Virus record (IMG/VR): IMGVR_UViG_3300006872_000009
Span: 1 to 49,445 of that record
DNA length: 49,445 nucleotides
Source: a virus
Taxonomy: Duplodnaviria; Caudoviricetes
Strand: one strand, 5' to 3'
Shown in pieces: positions 15,451 to 26,032 of the stretch. The stretch's first letter is position 1, and every line of letters starts with the position of its first letter. The notes beneath the pieces are model-generated. The model worked only from the letters and a program-made list of their open reading frames with translations. It ran no database searches and was not told the origin of the DNA. The position numbers and the translations under genes are program-made.

Positions 15451-16011
15451 ATGGAACCGATCACGGCCGTGGCCGACCCCCCGAAGAAAGCCAAGCTCCC
15501 GAAGAAGGAGCGGCACACGAGCGAGGTGAAGACCGCGAAGCCGGCTGACATCACGATGCCGCCGTTGAGCGAGAAGCCGGCCCCGATGCCGACGGACGTC
15601 AACCGCGTGCAGACGATCGAGAAGCCGCTTGACCCCGACTACATGGCGGCCCTCGCGTTCAACGAGGAGCCGGTCGTCATCGTGGTCTCGCCGGGGACGG
15701 AGAAGTTCGCGCCGAGCCACGTCGAGTGCTGGGTCAACGGCAAGGGCATCGAGGTTCTGATCGGCAACAGATGGTTCGAGTTCAAGGCCATTCCGGTGGG
15801 CAAGCGCGTCGTCACCAAGCGGAAATACGTCGAGGTGCTCCTCAAGATGCGCCGGCAGGACATCAAGACGCAGGTCATCCGCCGACCAGGAGAAGATCCC
15901 GAGAACAAACTGGAGCGCACCGAGGCGACGGTTCACGGCATCTCGATCGTCCACGACCCGGCCGGCGGGAAGGGCGTGGAATGGTTCAACCGGCTGCTCG
16001 CCCTGCAATAG
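15451..16011 (+). CDS. Conserved virion-module protein
   Basis: AGGAGG RBS; CWVNG...KRKYVEVL...HDPAGGKGVEW. Confidence 0.75.
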   Translation: MEPITAVADPPKKAKLPKKERHTSEVKTAKPADITMPPLSEKPAPMPTDVNRVQTIEKPLDPDYMAALAFNEEPVVIVVSPGTEKFAPSHVECWVNGKGIEVLIGNRWFEFKAIPVGKRVVTKRKYVEVLLKMRRQDIKTQVIRRPGEDPENKLERTEATVHGISIVHDPAGGKGVEWFNRLLALQ

Positions 16012-16023
16012 AAAGGGGGTGCC

Positions 16024-16713
16024 GTGACGTTCTTGCAGCTCGTCACACGTTTGTGCGAGGAGACCGGCGTCCCGACCGACCAACTCACCGATGTCGCCTC
16101 GGCGACTGGCCAGCTGAAGCAGATGGTGGGCTGGACGGCATCGGCCTGGACGCATATCCAGAGCCTCAAGCAGACCTGGCGCTTCATGCGCCGCACGGCC
16201 TCCTGGGCCTCGATCACTAATCAAGCGAGCTACACCCTGGCCCAGTGCGGCCTGACGGGTGGAGTCCATAAGGCCTGGATCAAGGACAGCTTCCGGTGCC
16301 ACATCACCGCCACCGGGGTCGGCTCGCAAATCTTTCTCCCCTATCGCCAGTACGACCGCTTCCGGGACCGCTGGCTCTTTAACACGAACCAGAACGTCAC
16401 GGGCATGCCGGTGGAACTGTCGATCGGCCCGCTCCAAGAAATCTATCTCGCCCCCAAACCGAACGGGGCGATCTACACCCTCACCGGCGACTACTACCGC
16501 AGCCCGGTCACCCTCGCCGTCAATGCTGATGTACCAGCCCTGCCCGACGGGCATGACTCCATGATCATCGTGCATCGGGCGCGGATGTCCTACGGGGCGC
16601 ACTGGGGGGCCAAAGAACAATACGCCGACGGGCAGCGGGAATACCGAGCGCTGCTCCGGAAGCTCCTCGTCGATCAACTCGACATGCCTGAAATGGGAGG
16701 CGCGATCGCCTAA
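16024..16713 (+). CDS. Head-tail adaptor (tail tubular protein A-like)
   Basis: MTFLQLVTRLCEETG...WRFMR...YLAPKPNG...VPALPDGHD; position before the nozzle. Confidence 0.75.
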   Translation: MTFLQLVTRLCEETGVPTDQLTDVASATGQLKQMVGWTASAWTHIQSLKQTWRFMRRTASWASITNQASYTLAQCGLTGGVHKAWIKDSFRCHITATGVGSQIFLPYRQYDRFRDRWLFNTNQNVTGMPVELSIGPLQEIYLAPKPNGAIYTLTGDYYRSPVTLAVNADVPALPDGHDSMIIVHRARMSYGAHWGAKEQYADGQREYRALLRKLLVDQLDMPEMGGAIA

Positions 16714-18785
16714 TGCCGGCCGTCGTCGACCAATTGCCCGATCTCGAGACCGACATCGCGGTCTTCGTCGGTGGATTGGACGAAGAGACCCCGACGCTCT
16801 CACTCAAGCCCGGCCGGGCCGTGGCGCGGTTCGCCGTCAATTATGAAGCGGTCGCCACCCCTGGAGGGGGCTACGCCCGGATCGGCGGCTATGAACGCTA
16901 CGACGGTCGCGCTCGTCCGTCGGACGCCACCTACGCGATCATTCAAGTCGTCTCGTTCACCAACGTGCCGACTTCAGGGCAAACCCTCACCGGGGGGACG
17001 TCCGGAGCCACAGCCACGGTCATCGCCACCGGCTCGAATTACATCGTCGTCACCCAAATTACCGGGACCTTCACGACCAGCGAGGCTCTCACGGTCGGGG
17101 CCACCCCGATCGGCACGGCGACTCCGCAGACCGTCACGATCTCCAGCAAATTGAACGCGCAGTATTTGAACCTCGCAGCCGACGTGTATCGCGCCTTGAT
17201 CGGGGCGGTCCCTGGATCTGGGGCGGTCTATCCGGTCGCGCTCAGCAACAGTGGCGTCTTGAACGTCTTCGCCTTTCGCGGAACGGGGCTCTACAAGGCC
17301 AGCGGCTCCGGCTGGACGGCGGTCACCCTCTACAACGAAGTGAGCTTTACGGTCGGCACCGGCACGGAACCCGCCGACGGAACCACGCTGACGCAAGGGG
17401 CCAACACGGCGACCATCAAGCGCACGGTCACTGAATCCGGCTCTTGGGCTGGCGGGACAGCGGCCGGGCGGTTCATCGTGACGACCCCGGCTCCTGGCAA
17501 TTTCGCGGCAGGGGCGGCCACAGCGCCAGGCGCGACCTTCACGCTCTCGGGTGTGCAGACGGCCATCACGATTACGGCGGGGGGGCGGTATGAGTTCGTC
17601 GTCAGGAACTTCGGCGGGCGGACCACGACGCGCAGAATCTATGGCTGCGACAGCATCAACCGCGGCTTCGAGTTCGACGGTGAGGTCTATGTCCCGCTCA
17701 AGACCAACACGACGCCGGATACCCCCAAGCATGTGCAGGTCCATCTCCAGCATCTCATGTTCGCCATCGGAAGTTCGGTGGTGTCCTCCGGCCCCGGCCT
17801 CCCCTATCGGTTCAACGGCACCGACGGGGGCGCGGAGATCGCCTGCGGCGATGATGTCACGGGCCTCATCGTCCTTCCTGGTATCAGCGGTAACGCCACG
17901 CTCTTGATCGACCGACGCAATTCGAAAGGTATCCTCTACGGCTCGGCCTCCGCAGGGGATGACAAGTGGCGCTTGCTCGACTTCAACGCCGACAACGCGG
18001 CCGGGGGGCTGCATTACAGTCAACAGGTCTTGACCGACGCCCTCTCTTTGGACGATGCCGGCATCATCAGTCTCCGGGCGGCCCAAGAGCTCTCTGGCTT
18101 CTCGCCCGCGACCCTCACCTATCACATCCAGAAGTTCATCACGAGCAAACGCGGGCTCTTAACCTGCTCCTCCGTCCATCGCACCAAGAGCCAGTACCGC
18201 CTCTTCTTCTCCGACGGCTCCGGCCTCTGGACCACCTTGGTGAACGGCAAGGTGGTCGGGGCCATGCCGATTCTGTATTCCAATGCGCTCGCCGGCGTGT
18301 GGAACTGCGAAACGGCCTCGGGGGAAGAGCTGACCTTCGCGGGAGCGGCCTCCGGCGGCTACGTCTATCAGCTCGACCGCGGCAGCTCCTTTGACGGCGG
18401 GAACATCGACGCCCTGCTCGTCTTGGCGTGGGATCACAAAAAATCGCCCAGAACGGTTAAGTCCTACCGCCGGGCCTCGATCGAGATCACGAGTAATTAC
18501 TATGCCTCCATCGGCTTCGCCCATCGGGTGGGCTATGGACAAGCGAAGTACGCCCAGCCAGGCCAGCAGAGCTACGAGACGAACTTCTCCGGCGTGCCGA
18601 ACTGGGATTCCATCTCCTGGGACGCCTTTACCTGGGACGGCAACACCCTCTCGCCGACCGAAGTGAAGATGACGGGCGACGGCGAGAACGTCGAGGTCAC
18701 GCTCAGTTCGACCACGGACATTATCTATCCCTACACATTGAACAGCGTGGTCACACATTTCTTTCGGAGGAGAAGCCTCCGATGA
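16713..18785 (+). CDS. Tail nozzle/stabilisation protein (tubular protein B / P22 gp10-like)
   Basis: 690 aa beta-rich; GGYARIGGYERYDG, KSQYRLFF, GSSFDG, WDSISWDAFTWDG. Confidence 0.75.
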   Translation: MPAVVDQLPDLETDIAVFVGGLDEETPTLSLKPGRAVARFAVNYEAVATPGGGYARIGGYERYDGRARPSDATYAIIQVVSFTNVPTSGQTLTGGTSGATATVIATGSNYIVVTQITGTFTTSEALTVGATPIGTATPQTVTISSKLNAQYLNLAADVYRALIGAVPGSGAVYPVALSNSGVLNVFAFRGTGLYKASGSGWTAVTLYNEVSFTVGTGTEPADGTTLTQGANTATIKRTVTESGSWAGGTAAGRFIVTTPAPGNFAAGAATAPGATFTLSGVQTAITITAGGRYEFVVRNFGGRTTTRRIYGCDSINRGFEFDGEVYVPLKTNTTPDTPKHVQVHLQHLMFAIGSSVVSSGPGLPYRFNGTDGGAEIACGDDVTGLIVLPGISGNATLLIDRRNSKGILYGSASAGDDKWRLLDFNADNAAGGLHYSQQVLTDALSLDDAGIISLRAAQELSGFSPATLTYHIQKFITSKRGLLTCSSVHRTKSQYRLFFSDGSGLWTTLVNGKVVGAMPILYSNALAGVWNCETASGEELTFAGAASGGYVYQLDRGSSFDGGNIDALLVLAWDHKKSPRTVKSYRRASIEITSNYYASIGFAHRVGYGQAKYAQPGQQSYETNFSGVPNWDSISWDAFTWDGNTLSPTEVKMTGDGENVEVTLSSTTDIIYPYTLNSVVTHFFRRRSLR

Positions 18786-19291
18786 CGACTATCTTTTGTC
18801 GTGTGTGTGAGCAGCACTTACCGACGGACAGCTTCTTCTCTGGCCTGATAAAGCCGACCGTTAAACGGCTTCGGTGTCGTCGTTGCACAGCCATCCATAT
18901 CAAGGCATGGAGGCAAAGGAACCCAGCCAAGCAGCAGGCGATCAGGGCTCGTTCTTATGCAAAGAATCTTGCGACACACCTCCGCTGCAGTAAGGAATGG
19001 CGAGCCAAGAATCCTGAACGTGATCGTCTCCTGAGAGCGATACACCAGCGGCGCATCAAGCAATTCACACCACCGTGGGCTGATCGCGCAAAAATTCGCG
19101 CCCTATACCGAGAGGCGCAACGACTGACAAGAGAGACGGGCATCGAGCATCAGGTGGATCACATTTATCCGCTGCGCGGGAAGACTTCGTGCGGGCTGCA
19201 TGTTCACTACAACCTGCAAATTATCACCGGGACCGCGAACCGGAAGAAGTTCAACAATCTCCCGGAGGAGATCGGATGCGTCGTAGCTTAA
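18782..19291 (+). CDS. HNH endonuclease, free-standing
   Basis: TPPWAD...HQVDHIYPLRGKTSCGLHVHYNLQII...NRKKFN; N-terminal CxxC pairs. Confidence 0.9.
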   Translation: MTTIFCRVCEQHLPTDSFFSGLIKPTVKRLRCRRCTAIHIKAWRQRNPAKQQAIRARSYAKNLATHLRCSKEWRAKNPERDRLLRAIHQRRIKQFTPPWADRAKIRALYREAQRLTRETGIEHQVDHIYPLRGKTSCGLHVHYNLQIITGTANRKKFNNLPEEIGCVVA

Positions 19292-20895
19292 TCAGCCTTA
19301 TGGTTATGGCAGCTTTGTCTTTAGGTGTAACTGCCTACGGTAATGAATTTTATACTCATGGCAGCTTCCCCGCTCCCGGCTCCCCCGCCACGTCCGCAGG
19401 CATGCGGGCCGAACTGGATTTAATTTCGGCGGGCTTCGACAAGCTCCCCTCGCTCAGCGGCAACGCCAATAAAGCCGTCATCGTCAATGGCTCAGCGACG
19501 GCCCTCGGGGTCACGACTGGTACCCTGTCGCTCGCTGGCAACTTCGCCATCTCGGGGGCGTTTGCCACCACGCTGACGGTGACGAATACGACGAACGTCA
19601 CGCTACCGACGACGGGCACGCTCGCGACCTTGGCGGGAGCCGAAACGCTCACAAATAAGACGGTCAATCTCACGAGCAACACGCTGACCGGCACCGTGGC
19701 CCAGTTCAATACCGCGCTGTCGGACGGCGACTTTGCCACACTGGCCGGCTCGGAGACGCTGACGAATAAGACGCTGACGGCCCCTATTCTCTCTGGGTCA
19801 GTGACCGGCACCTATACGCTCGCGGGGACGCCTACGATCAGCTCACCGACGGTGAACAGCGAAACCACGACGAATCCCACGATCAATGGCACAGTCAGCG
19901 GCTCCGCCATCCTCAATCCAGCCAACGGCGGGACCGGGAACAGCGGCACGCCCACGAACGGCCAACTCCTCATCGGCAACGGCACGAACTATACCCGAGC
20001 CACCTTGGCGTCGTCCGGGACTGGCACCTCCGTCACCAACGGTGCGGGTTCCATCACGATCAACGCCGAGGGATTCTCGACCGGAGACGTGAAGCTCACG
20101 CTCAAGACCAGCGCGGACACCGGCTGGGTGCTGATGGATGACGGCACGATCGGCAGTGCGACCAGCGGGGCCACGACCAGGGCCAACGCCGACACGCAGA
20201 CGCTATACTCGTTGATCTGGACGAACTGTATTGACCAATGGTGTCCGGTGACGGGTGGACGCGGGGCGAGCGCCTCGGCGGATTTCTCCGCGAATAAGCC
20301 GCTCAGACTCCCAAAAACGCTGGGGCGCGCCTTGGCTGGTTACGGCACAGGGACCGTGCAGGACTCGGGCGTCGACGGAGGCGTTGATACGACCAACGAT
20401 ACCCTCACCGTGCCATCGAACACCGACAAGTGGGTGACGGGCATGGCCGTGACGTTCACGCTCACGTCAGGGACGATCACGGGACTGACGAGCGGCAATA
20501 CCTATTATGTGATTCGCGCTTCATCCACGACCGTCAAACTGGCCTCGAACCTAGCCAACGCGCAGAACGGCGTGGCGATCGATATGACCGCCAAATCGTC
20601 GCCGGTCTGGACGATCACGCATACCTACACGGCGCGAGCGCTGGGCGAAGCGATCGGAGAAGGGCAGCACGCGATGAGTAGCTCCGAATTGCTGTCGCAT
20701 ACGCATACATATACTCAGGCTATCGCTCCAGGTTCGGCAGATGGTGTCAATCCTGCTCCGCCTTACGCATCGACTACCAGCAATTCAGGCAGTACTGGCG
20801 GCAATGCCGCGATGAACATCATGCAGCCGACTCTCTTTCTCAACGTCATGATCAAACTCCATCGTCCCTGGGTGGAGTTGCAGGGGGTGCAGTAG
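19276..20895 (+). CDS. Tail fibre with tail-collar-like C-terminus and signal-peptide-like N-terminus
   Basis: GGAGGAG RBS; [22 protein letters not shown]|NEFY; ETLTNKT repeats; FSTGDVK...GWVLMDDG; [13 protein letters not shown]. Confidence 0.8.
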   Translation: MRRSLISLMVMAALSLGVTAYGNEFYTHGSFPAPGSPATSAGMRAELDLISAGFDKLPSLSGNANKAVIVNGSATALGVTTGTLSLAGNFAISGAFATTLTVTNTTNVTLPTTGTLATLAGAETLTNKTVNLTSNTLTGTVAQFNTALSDGDFATLAGSETLTNKTLTAPILSGSVTGTYTLAGTPTISSPTVNSETTTNPTINGTVSGSAILNPANGGTGNSGTPTNGQLLIGNGTNYTRATLASSGTGTSVTNGAGSITINAEGFSTGDVKLTLKTSADTGWVLMDDGTIGSATSGATTRANADTQTLYSLIWTNCIDQWCPVTGGRGASASADFSANKPLRLPKTLGRALAGYGTGTVQDSGVDGGVDTTNDTLTVPSNTDKWVTGMAVTFTLTSGTITGLTSGNTYYVIRASSTTVKLASNLANAQNGVAIDMTAKSSPVWTITHTYTARALGEAIGEGQHAMSSSELLSHTHTYTQAIAPGSADGVNPAPPYASTTSNSGSTGGNAAMNIMQPTLFLNVMIKLHRPWVELQGVQ

Positions 20896-21276
20896 ATGCT
20901 CGACCTCCACAAAGACGCCCAGAACTTCGAGCAGGGCTTCTTCTATCTCCAAGCAGCCCCCGAGCTGGTGAGCAAAGCCACCGCCTTCGGCTTCCGGCGC
21001 ACGGTCTGGAAGATGACAAAGCGGGATGGATCGGACGGCTATTTCACGTCCATCTGGTTCTTCAACCGCATCCAGTTCTATTCCGGTGACTGTAAATGCG
21101 ACGGCACGCGGACGCGGATGTATTGGGCGGGGCAACTCGACGATGGAGCAGGATTTCCATACGCACCAGACCCCACGCAGTACGTCTACACCGATCTCCC
21201 GAAGGAACTCTCGGCGTTGCGCTGGCGGTCAAACGGACCGGGCGAGACGAGTTGGGACAACATGGGAGGCTCGTAG
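20896..21276 (+). CDS. Hypothetical protein
   Basis: 126 aa abutting the fibre stop. Confidence 0.6.
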   Translation: MLDLHKDAQNFEQGFFYLQAAPELVSKATAFGFRRTVWKMTKRDGSDGYFTSIWFFNRIQFYSGDCKCDGTRTRMYWAGQLDDGAGFPYAPDPTQYVYTDLPKELSALRWRSNGPGETSWDNMGGS

Positions 21277-21530
21277 TGGCCGAAATCACCCTCGACGACG
21301 CCACCCGCACGATCGGGGCGGTGATGACGGTCCAAGAATATGCGGTCGTGAAACCGGCCTTGGAAGCCCCCGGCGGGAAGGAAGCCCTGCAGCGGATGTT
21401 TGCCTCGTTCTTAGCGCAGCAGCGACAGGTCCAAGTCGAAGCGGATCGAGCGGCCATCAAGGCGTTTGCGGAGACGGCCCCGGACGGCAAACGCGCCGAG
21501 GTCATGGCGATCATCAACCGAAGGGACTGA
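21276..21530 (+). CDS. Hypothetical helical protein
   Basis: GGAGG RBS, GTG 21276 (MAEITLDDATR...). Confidence 0.6.
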   Translation: MAEITLDDATRTIGAVMTVQEYAVVKPALEAPGGKEALQRMFASFLAQQRQVQVEADRAAIKAFAETAPDGKRAEVMAIINRRD

Positions 21531-21533
21531 ACG

Positions 21534-21857
21534 ATGACACGACACACATGGGCGCTCCTGCTGCTGTGTCTCTGGACCCCCGCCTGGGCGGTCGGCGACA
21601 AGATCATCGCGGTCAGCGATGTCACCGTCACCAACAGCGCCACAGTCGTCAAAGCCGGGAACGGCAACCGCCTGGCCCTGTCCTGTACCAACACCTCCGG
21701 CTCGGTCAACGTCCGCTGGGGGGACAGTACGGTGACGGCCACGAAGGGCCAGCAACTTAAAGCCGGTGCCTCCATCGCGATCGAGAACCGTGATGCGGTT
21801 TACATGATCAGCGAAGGGGCGAATGTCACGGTGTCCTGCACGGAGGAAACCCGATGA
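21534..21857 (+). CDS. Exported small beta-sandwich (spike-base-like) protein
   Basis: Signal peptide MTRHTWALLLLCLWTPAWA|V; two mature Cys. Confidence 0.7.
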   Translation: MTRHTWALLLLCLWTPAWAVGDKIIAVSDVTVTNSATVVKAGNGNRLALSCTNTSGSVNVRWGDSTVTATKGQQLKAGASIAIENRDAVYMISEGANVTVSCTEETR

Positions 21858-24151
21858 AGCGCGTCACAATCAGCGGCGGTCTCGCCTTGGCACTCTGGCT
21901 CCTAGCGCCGACTGCCCAGGCGGCGAGTATCAGCGGCTCTGGCATGCCGCCAGTGGGATCTGAAGGCGATTGCATCCTGACACAATCCGGGGTCTGGGCG
22001 TCCGGCGCCTGTCCTGGTGCGGGGACCGGCGCCCCCACGGGCGCGAGCTACATCCAGCGTACCCCGGATGCAACCAACACGAATGAAACGGCGCTGAGTA
22101 CGCTCGCGACTGGCTGCGTGGCCTCGACGACCACGACCGGGGCCGTCGCCACGCGCTCGATCACCGGGACCGCGAATCAAATCACAGTGACCAACGGCGA
22201 CTGTTCCGCCAATCCGACGATTTCCATTCCGACCAATCCGACCCTTCCCGGCACGACGACCGGCACGTTTTCCGGTCCGCTCACTGGCAACGTCACAGGG
22301 AACGCAGATACCGCCACGGCGTTGGCGGCCGATCCTGTCGATTGCTCGGCTGGCTCCGCGACGACCGGCATCAATGCGACAGGGACCGCGCAGGGATGCA
22401 CCAACTATCAAGAGGAACCGGCATCAAATGGGCTCGTCGCCCGCACCGCGGCCAATACCTCCGCGGCTCGCACGCTGACCGGCACGGCGAATCAAATCAC
22501 CATCACCAACGGGGACGGCGTCTCTGGTAATCCGACGGCGGCGTTGTCCTCCACGCTCGTGATTCCTGGTGCCCAAATCGATTTTACGGAAGCGACCGGA
22601 GATGGCACCTGCGCTGCCGGGGATTTCTGGGTCCGAGCCAACAGTACGACCAACACGTTCCGGAAGTGCCAGAACGGGGCCGTGACCGATCTCGATACCG
22701 GTGGCGGAGGCTCGATCACCGGGACGGTCGGGACGACGGACAATGCAGTCGTCAGAGCCGATGGGACCGGCGGGTCCACGGCTCAAGGGAGCCTGGTCAC
22801 CATCGATGATACCGGCAAGGTGACTGCACCGGGAGGGTTTGAGTCCACGGGCGGGACCGGTATCTGGAGCCTCCTCGAAGGCACTCCGCCGGGCTGCGGT
22901 GCGAGCGCAGGACTCCATAACATCTACTTCGACTCTGGGGACTCGAAGCTCAAGAGTTGCGAGAATGGCGGCTCGGTCGTCACCTATGTGCGCACAGCGG
23001 ACACTCTCGCCGCGCTCAATGCATCGACCTCGGCAGACCTGGCTGGTGTGCTCAGCGACGAAATTGGGACATCTGGTGGGTTCGTACGTGGGACGGGAGC
23101 CACGCTCACAGATTTGACAGTGGCCGGGAACCCGGTCGTGTTTCCTGATGGGGTGCGGCAGACCTTCAACCCCAATGCAACCAACGCTGGCCTGAATGTC
23201 GGAGCACACACCGCTGACGCCTCAGCTCCGCAGGACGGCGACATTATCTATAACACGACCAGTGGAAAGTTTCGTGCCCGCGAAGGGGGCACCTGGAAAG
23301 ACCTGATTTCGTCCGGGGCTGGGACCGGCGATGTGACGGATGTGAACGCCGGGGCTGGGATCGCAGTCACGTCTCCTGGTGGGCCTGCGCCGACCGTCGC
23401 CTGGGATGCGTCCACCTTTGTCGGCAACGTGACTCTCTGGGATGGGGCCAACGTTTCCAGAACACTGACTGCCAGCTTGTCTGGGGTACAAGATCCAGTC
23501 ATTACGTTCTCGAACAATCTGATCAACATTACGACGGGATCGCTGCAGGTCGGCAGCGCGGATGTTGTCACCGCCACCAGCTCCAATACCCTGACCGGGA
23601 AAAGTCTAGACTGCGAAGCGAGCGGGAACACTTGCACAATCGCGCGCCGGATCTGGTTGCCGGCTGCGGGCTGTAACGGGGCGACGGCTGGTCCGATTTG
23701 GGACCTGCCAGCGTCCAGTCCCGCCGTGGCGGCGTGCGTGACAGGGACCAATACGCAGAAGGGTGTGCTGGACTTCGCGGATGGCTCGAACCTGTCAGCG
23801 CAAGTCACCTACAAACTCCCGTCCACCTGGGTCGGGAACATCGATGCCAACATCAAATGGTTTTCGGCCACGACCACAGGGGATGTGGTGTGGCAGCTGG
23901 CGACGGTGTGTGTGGCCGACGCAGAGACCGACGATCCTGCGTTTAACACCGCATCGACCGTCACAGATGCGACGAAGGGCACGACCAATCAGACAAACGA
24001 CGCCAGTATCACCACCGTCACGGCAACCGGATGTGCCGCAGGCGAACTTCTCCACCTGAAACTCTCGCGGGACAGCGGACACGCATCCGATACCATGGCC
24101 GGGACGGCGAGGCTGATCGGCGTTGAACTGATCACACGGGAGGCAATCTGA
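21854..24151 (+). CDS. Long fibre protein with signal peptide
   Basis: MKRVTISGGLALALWLLAPTAQA|A; TGTANQITxTNGD repeats, GNVTGNADTATAL, DGDIIYNTTSGKFR; 16 Cys. Confidence 0.8.
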   Translation: MKRVTISGGLALALWLLAPTAQAASISGSGMPPVGSEGDCILTQSGVWASGACPGAGTGAPTGASYIQRTPDATNTNETALSTLATGCVASTTTTGAVATRSITGTANQITVTNGDCSANPTISIPTNPTLPGTTTGTFSGPLTGNVTGNADTATALAADPVDCSAGSATTGINATGTAQGCTNYQEEPASNGLVARTAANTSAARTLTGTANQITITNGDGVSGNPTAALSSTLVIPGAQIDFTEATGDGTCAAGDFWVRANSTTNTFRKCQNGAVTDLDTGGGGSITGTVGTTDNAVVRADGTGGSTAQGSLVTIDDTGKVTAPGGFESTGGTGIWSLLEGTPPGCGASAGLHNIYFDSGDSKLKSCENGGSVVTYVRTADTLAALNASTSADLAGVLSDEIGTSGGFVRGTGATLTDLTVAGNPVVFPDGVRQTFNPNATNAGLNVGAHTADASAPQDGDIIYNTTSGKFRAREGGTWKDLISSGAGTGDVTDVNAGAGIAVTSPGGPAPTVAWDASTFVGNVTLWDGANVSRTLTASLSGVQDPVITFSNNLINITTGSLQVGSADVVTATSSNTLTGKSLDCEASGNTCTIARRIWLPAAGCNGATAGPIWDLPASSPAVAACVTGTNTQKGVLDFADGSNLSAQVTYKLPSTWVGNIDANIKWFSATTTGDVVWQLATVCVADAETDDPAFNTASTVTDATKGTTNQTNDASITTVTATGCAAGELLHLKLSRDSGHASDTMAGTARLIGVELITREAI

Positions 24152-24906
24152 TGCGTATCCTGGTGATCAGTGTATTGCTAGTCGGGTTGGTGAGTACGGC
24201 ATCACTCGGGCTCGCTGATGGCTCGTTTGTTCAACTCTGTGGCAATAGGGCGACGGCGACAGATACCACCATCACCTGCACCTTTGGATCGAATGTCACG
24301 AGTGCGAATGCTGTGGCCGTCCAAGCGTCCTGGGATCTCATTGGTGGAGCGAATGTCACCGCAACAGCATCGGGGGTCGGGTGCACGTTTAGCGCTGCTC
24401 AAGATGCCGTGGATCAGACAGGCCAAGATCCCAATCGGCGAGCTGCAACCTTCTACGGAGAAAATTGCACAGGAGGATCGACGGTCGTCACGATCACGTT
24501 CTCGCAAACCACCACGACGCGAGAGGTGATTGCACATGAAATCGCTGGAGTAGCCACCAGCGGATCACAAGGAGGGCATACTGGACAGTTTCAGGCTACT
24601 CCTGGCACGGGGACTGACGCTGTGACCAGTGGATCAATCACCACGTCGGTGAACGGGTGCTACATTTTTGGCACGACGACAGGCGGACTTGGTGGCTCCA
24701 TTATCACGGCAGGCACGGGCTACACGGCCCGATTTAATGCTGGCGGCAATAATCATGCGTCAGAAGATCGAGTACAAGCGTCGGCTGGCAGTATTGCCGC
24801 CACATTCACTCTGGATGCTGGTCTGTTGACGCTCACCCACGTCATTGCGGCATGCCCTGGTGGAGGGGCAGAGACGTTTGGTTTCTACCGGAGGAGGCAA
24901 CAGTGA
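24151..24906 (+). CDS. Exported beta-rich protein (candidate fibre tip / receptor-binding)
   Basis: MRILVISVLLVGLVSTASLGLA|D; Thr/Gly-rich; 6 Cys. Confidence 0.7.
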   Translation: MRILVISVLLVGLVSTASLGLADGSFVQLCGNRATATDTTITCTFGSNVTSANAVAVQASWDLIGGANVTATASGVGCTFSAAQDAVDQTGQDPNRRAATFYGENCTGGSTVVTITFSQTTTTREVIAHEIAGVATSGSQGGHTGQFQATPGTGTDAVTSGSITTSVNGCYIFGTTTGGLGGSIITAGTGYTARFNAGGNNHASEDRVQASAGSIAATFTLDAGLLTLTHVIAACPGGGAETFGFYRRRQQ

Positions 24907-25853
24907 CAACAGTGATACACGTGATCTTGGTGCTGGTGCTGGCGCTGGTGCTGCCAGCCTCTTCGGTCTGGGCCGATGAGTATTTTAATTCCACAGAATG
25001 TCCACACACGGGGGGTGTCCCTGCAAACAGCAATTGGCTGCTGTGTGACAACTGGTCTGATGGCACGCACATCGCAGTCAATCAACAAGGACACGTTGAT
25101 AATGACGGTTGGTGGCTGACCTCCATCCGCACAATCCCAGGTGGGGCCGCATGCGGCTCGCTCGGCCCTGCTGGGACAGACTGCGTCCAGCGCAACGTGT
25201 TGGTCCTGGATTCTGATGGCAGCGGTAGCAATGCATATCCGTCGACGCACGGCTGGTATCAGGGACAGACGCTCAGTGGCTATCGCATGCGGTTTTATTT
25301 CATTTTTCGTCCTGGCTGGGTGTTCCGTGACAGCCAAAAGTTTCTCTCTGGGCAAGACCAAGCGCACTCGCCTGGGATTGTGCATTTTGGCCTAGGGCGC
25401 AATCTGGATGTCATGGAACTCTGTCCTGTGGAGAGTTGCAACAACCTCAACGGCCCTTATCTCCAACAGAATCAAGGCAACAACATCGTCCTCACCTCTG
25501 GGACATGGTACTACATGGAACTTCGCTTCATCCTAAACACACCCGGGGTGAGCAATGGGACGTTTCAGATGTGGATCAATGATTGCGGAGCGTCTGGAGT
25601 CTGTACAGGTGTGCCAGTCTTACGGGAGAGCCGGACCGATGTGCTGTATCGAGGAGCCAGTGAGACTCGCCCATTTGGCGGGATATTCATGGATATTTGG
25701 GGCAACCCATCGGATGGCGGCACACTGGACATTGCTAACCTGATCGTCGCGAAGGACGAGCAGGGCTTGATCGGATTCATCGGTGGTAGTAGCGGACCAA
25801 AGGGCGGATTGAGCGGATCGATCAAGGGGGTCGGATGGATACGCATGCAGTAA
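24903..25853 (+). CDS. Exported polysaccharide-lyase/ConA-like jelly-roll protein
   Basis: GGAGG RBS, GTG 24903; signal ...VLPASSVWA|D; WYYMELRFILNTPGVSNGTFQMWIN; 8 Cys. Confidence 0.65.
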   Translation: MTTVIHVILVLVLALVLPASSVWADEYFNSTECPHTGGVPANSNWLLCDNWSDGTHIAVNQQGHVDNDGWWLTSIRTIPGGAACGSLGPAGTDCVQRNVLVLDSDGSGSNAYPSTHGWYQGQTLSGYRMRFYFIFRPGWVFRDSQKFLSGQDQAHSPGIVHFGLGRNLDVMELCPVESCNNLNGPYLQQNQGNNIVLTSGTWYYMELRFILNTPGVSNGTFQMWINDCGASGVCTGVPVLRESRTDVLYRGASETRPFGGIFMDIWGNPSDGGTLDIANLIVAKDEQGLIGFIGGSSGPKGGLSGSIKGVGWIRMQ

Positions 25854-25867
25854 CGGTATCACCGGTG

Positions 25868-26032
25868 ATGAGCATGCAGGTCTGGCAGCGCAAATGCCCA
25901 ATGTGTTTCAGGCTGATCGAAAAACTGACGCTGGAAGACCCGTGGCGCTGTGCCTGCGGGTGGACCACGGAGGACAAAAGTCGGAGAGCACCTGATGATC
26001 GTACTGGATCTGATCCGCGTCGGCCAGTCTAG
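25868..26032 (+). CDS. Small zinc-finger protein
   Basis: CPMC...CACGW. Confidence 0.35.
   Translation: MSMQVWQRKCPMCFRLIEKLTLEDPWRCACGWTTEDKSRRAPDDRTGSDPRRPV

Noticed and set aside
19276-25853. Diversity-generating retroelement or invertible tail-fibre cassette
   Set aside because: No reverse transcriptase, invertase, or TR/VR-like duplicated segment seen by eye
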